DNA of 63,814 nucleotides, counting the filler, from Hausera hauseri (Eukaryota): the NCBI GenBank assembly GCA_046269625.1. It is 11 parts of 11 records of this genome, joined end to end, with 100 filler letters (N's around TTAATTAATTAA, not from the genome) between each part and the next. Parts side by side here need not be neighbours in the genome. Positions count along the whole stretch, not along the records: positions 59,582 to 63,814 come from JBJURY010685772.1; 10 more parts are not named here. One strand, given 5' to 3'. Below are positions 61,252-63,814 of this stretch, piece after piece (position 1 is the stretch's first letter; every line of letters begins with the position of its first letter). The notes beneath the pieces are model-generated. The model had not been told where the DNA came from, did no database searches, and saw only the letters and a program-made list of their open reading frames with translations. The translations under genes were made by a program, and so were the position numbers.

Positions 61252-63814
61252 TTAACGTTTCAACATACATTGTTTAAAAACTTTGTGATTGTCAAATCCC
61301 GGTTCTAAATTGAGTGGATTCGATTGAATAGGCGGTGTGAAACTACTGTACTGTGAATTGGTAGCGAATAGCGGAGATTTCATAAGAATATTGAGATTTT
61401 TCAGTAGCATAAATGTTGACCCATTTAGTCCATGCATGATATTGCTGTTGGTTAGCAGTTTCGGTTGTCCATGGAAGTCTGATAAACCAATATTCGTTGA
61501 CAATTCAGACGGGCCTAAAATCGGATTTAAGCCGCCGGACTGACTGGGTCCAATAACACGGTCGGTATTCAGATTACCGGGAATGAGTTGTTGTTGCTGG
61601 TTGAGTAGCAACTGTTGGTTGGGTTGAAATGGAGATGTGTGATGAAGTGATGGGAAACTGTTGGTCGGATAGTGGGTCTGAATGTGGCCCTGGGAGAATG
61701 GATTGATTTGCGATGAGAAACTAGTTGGACCGAGAAGAGAAGTGTGTGGAAATAATGGAGCCTGTGCCTGAAATAAGCAATGAAGTCATTGGAGAAAGGT
61801 GAACAATGAACCTGCACGGTCTGCTGACCATTCTGAATGAATGATAACGGCATGTGGTTCGGTTGCATCATACTGGAAATTGAGTTCTGTCTGGTCAGTA
61901 GTAATTGTTGCATTGGATGTGCCGAATTGAGATCCATGTTTAGTGGTTGCAGTGGATCTAAACAAGACGCATCAAATTACCGGCTGGGCATAAATTACTG
62001 TTGGTGATCAACTTCGGTGTTGGTGTTTGCTGTGGATAAAACGACGACTGGCTTTGGTTAATAAAATTCAGTTTGTTAGCAAAAATGTGATCCTGTGAAT
62101 TCTGCCGTAAAAGTGCAGAATCGATGAGATGCGGATTGGACAGATTGTAGTTGATCTGCATACCCGGCTGATTGGTGAGCAGCGGTGTGAATGCCTCTGG
62201 TGGATGGATCTGTTCGGGAACGAATTCCGGTGGAAACCGATGTGTATACGGCAAATTCTGTGAAAGGAAAGTTGCCGGAGAATGACGCATCGGAAATCCT
62301 TGCGGTAAAACTGGCTCGTTTTGCTCTTTTTTGCAATAATCCTGCTGCAACTGAGGTCGTACTTTGCACACATTGGATAGTGATGGTGTGCTCATATTGT
62401 CCGTTTCCACGTTGCGGCTGATTGCAATGTCCCCATTGGCATTGATCGCCGTGGTTTGGATACTCAACTCTTGACTGACGGACGTCACGGTGATCTTAGT
62501 GTCCTTATTACACATTGTAATTGTCTGATTCTCCCATATCGTTTTCACCGAGTTCATTTTGTCGTTGAGCGATTGTTGATCGGCGTTTCCTGTGCAATTC
62601 CGGGAACTTTCACAATTGAGATTTTTCACCTCGTAATCGAAATCAATTGCGTCGGATATGGAAAGTTCGGCTGGTACCGTGTCGATCTGATTTTCAATCT
62701 GTCGGAGATGATATATCAATATTCATTTACGCGGTAAATCACCTTCTTTTCCTCACTGTTTCGTGAAGATGATATGAATATGCCGCTGTTGTATGGGTAT
62801 TTCATGGACGACCGATAATCCAACTTTGAATTCTCCGATGATCCAGTAAACACGGATTTGGAAACATCGATCTGGCTGTCAACTGCTTCCGACGATCGAG
62901 TGAGTGACTGACACGTTGGATTAGTATTTGTTGCATTTTGCGATACGGATTTGGTTTTTTTCGTCCAAGCAAATGAGGCTGGCGTTCCGATGGGTTTTGG
63001 ATGATCTGAATATGGAAATTAACCACAAACTACGTTTTTATGCCAAATACTTCTTTTATCTGTTTTCATTTCATCGGCTAAGCTGTTGTCCCAAGATCCA
63101 ATGGAAACCAGTTTACAGTTTTCCCAGTTTTTATTCGGTGAATTCAATTGTGCCTCTTTCTCTCGAGTTAATGGTGGTTTGGGCTCCGCCTTTTTCACTT
63201 CAATTTTGTTTGTTTTCTGTGATTGATCTTTTCGAATTTCGTTTTTCTTCAAACTTTTCCCATCATTCCTCAGCTTTGGTTTATTCAATTCGCTCTTTTT
63301 CTGTTCTTGTTTCATTTCTTCTTTGATCCGCTTTTGTTCTTCAAGTTTTCGATTTTTCTTTGTTGTTTTTGATAGGACCTCTTTAAACTGCTCGGTATTT
63401 TCATAAAGCAGTTCTTCATCCTCGGTGACTTCCGGTAACCTGTCCACAATGATGACAGCAGATACGTTCGTGAGGTCAATGAAATCCGAATATGACCTGC
63501 GACTGGTACTTATTGGCTTTGTGGATAACTGCTTCGAATCTTTTGTACTGTTATTATTGTTTGAACAATTCGTTGATGCAGAATCAGCATTTCGATTATC
63601 GCAACTTGATCCGGAATCTTCACTTTTGCCCTTCGATGTATCACCCGATTTATTCTGTCCCATACGTTTCACTGATGATTTACCAGAAGGCCCTTCGCCA
63701 GTTCCGCAGTGATCGTCATCGTCATCATCAGCACCTTGAATGTCACGCTTGTTATTACACGAATAGTCTAAATGGCAATGCTTATTGAATAATATCTGAA
63801 ATGCAGTTTTATTA
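61252..63814 (-). CDS. PRRC2: PRRC2/BAT2/nocte-like protein, C-terminal part, with very short introns
   Basis: SAVIIVDRLPE..FKEVLSK..KK, PIGTP..AW, LNDKMNSVKTIWE, NVCKVRPQ and Q/P-rich tail. Frame-restoring GT-AG introns at 63006-63050, 62699-62742, 61958-61980 and 61768-61811; 3' end unresolved. Confidence 0.8.

Overview
This is not one locus. It is 11 contig pieces joined by ten identical artificial 100-nt linkers (44 N + TTAATTAATTAA + 44 N), so adjacency across linkers carries no biological meaning. The DNA is AT-rich and eukaryotic, probably from an animal with a very compact genome: it has 23-45-nt GT-AG introns and host genes resembling PRRC2/nocte, DENND4, TTLL10, UBA1, a chromodomain protein and a possible spectrin-repeat protein. 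Most of the window is decayed mobile DNA: six Ty3/gypsy LTR-retrotransposon segments from three families, two tandem Polinton/adintovirus-type PolB relics, a hAT transposase relic and an 8-kb satellite of ~68-bp units. Main observations: (1) three diverged copies of a CsRn1-like gypsy family carry a ubiquitin-like domain ending in a di-Gly motif (LRLLGG / LRIRGG / FCIRGG) fused to the N-terminus of Gag; (2) a second gypsy family looks virus-like, with one member carrying a chuvirus/gB-type glycoprotein with a PTAP tail directly upstream of protease-RT and a close relative carrying a signal-peptide/FN3/TM protein in frame after integrase plus a RING-finger ORF before the LTR; (3) a third family has a clear -1 frameshift signal (G GGA AAC plus H-type pseudoknot); (4) the satellite has a constant/variable unit design, recurring higher-order cassettes and fold-back potential. 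All protein assignments come from motif recognition by eye; no database search was run.
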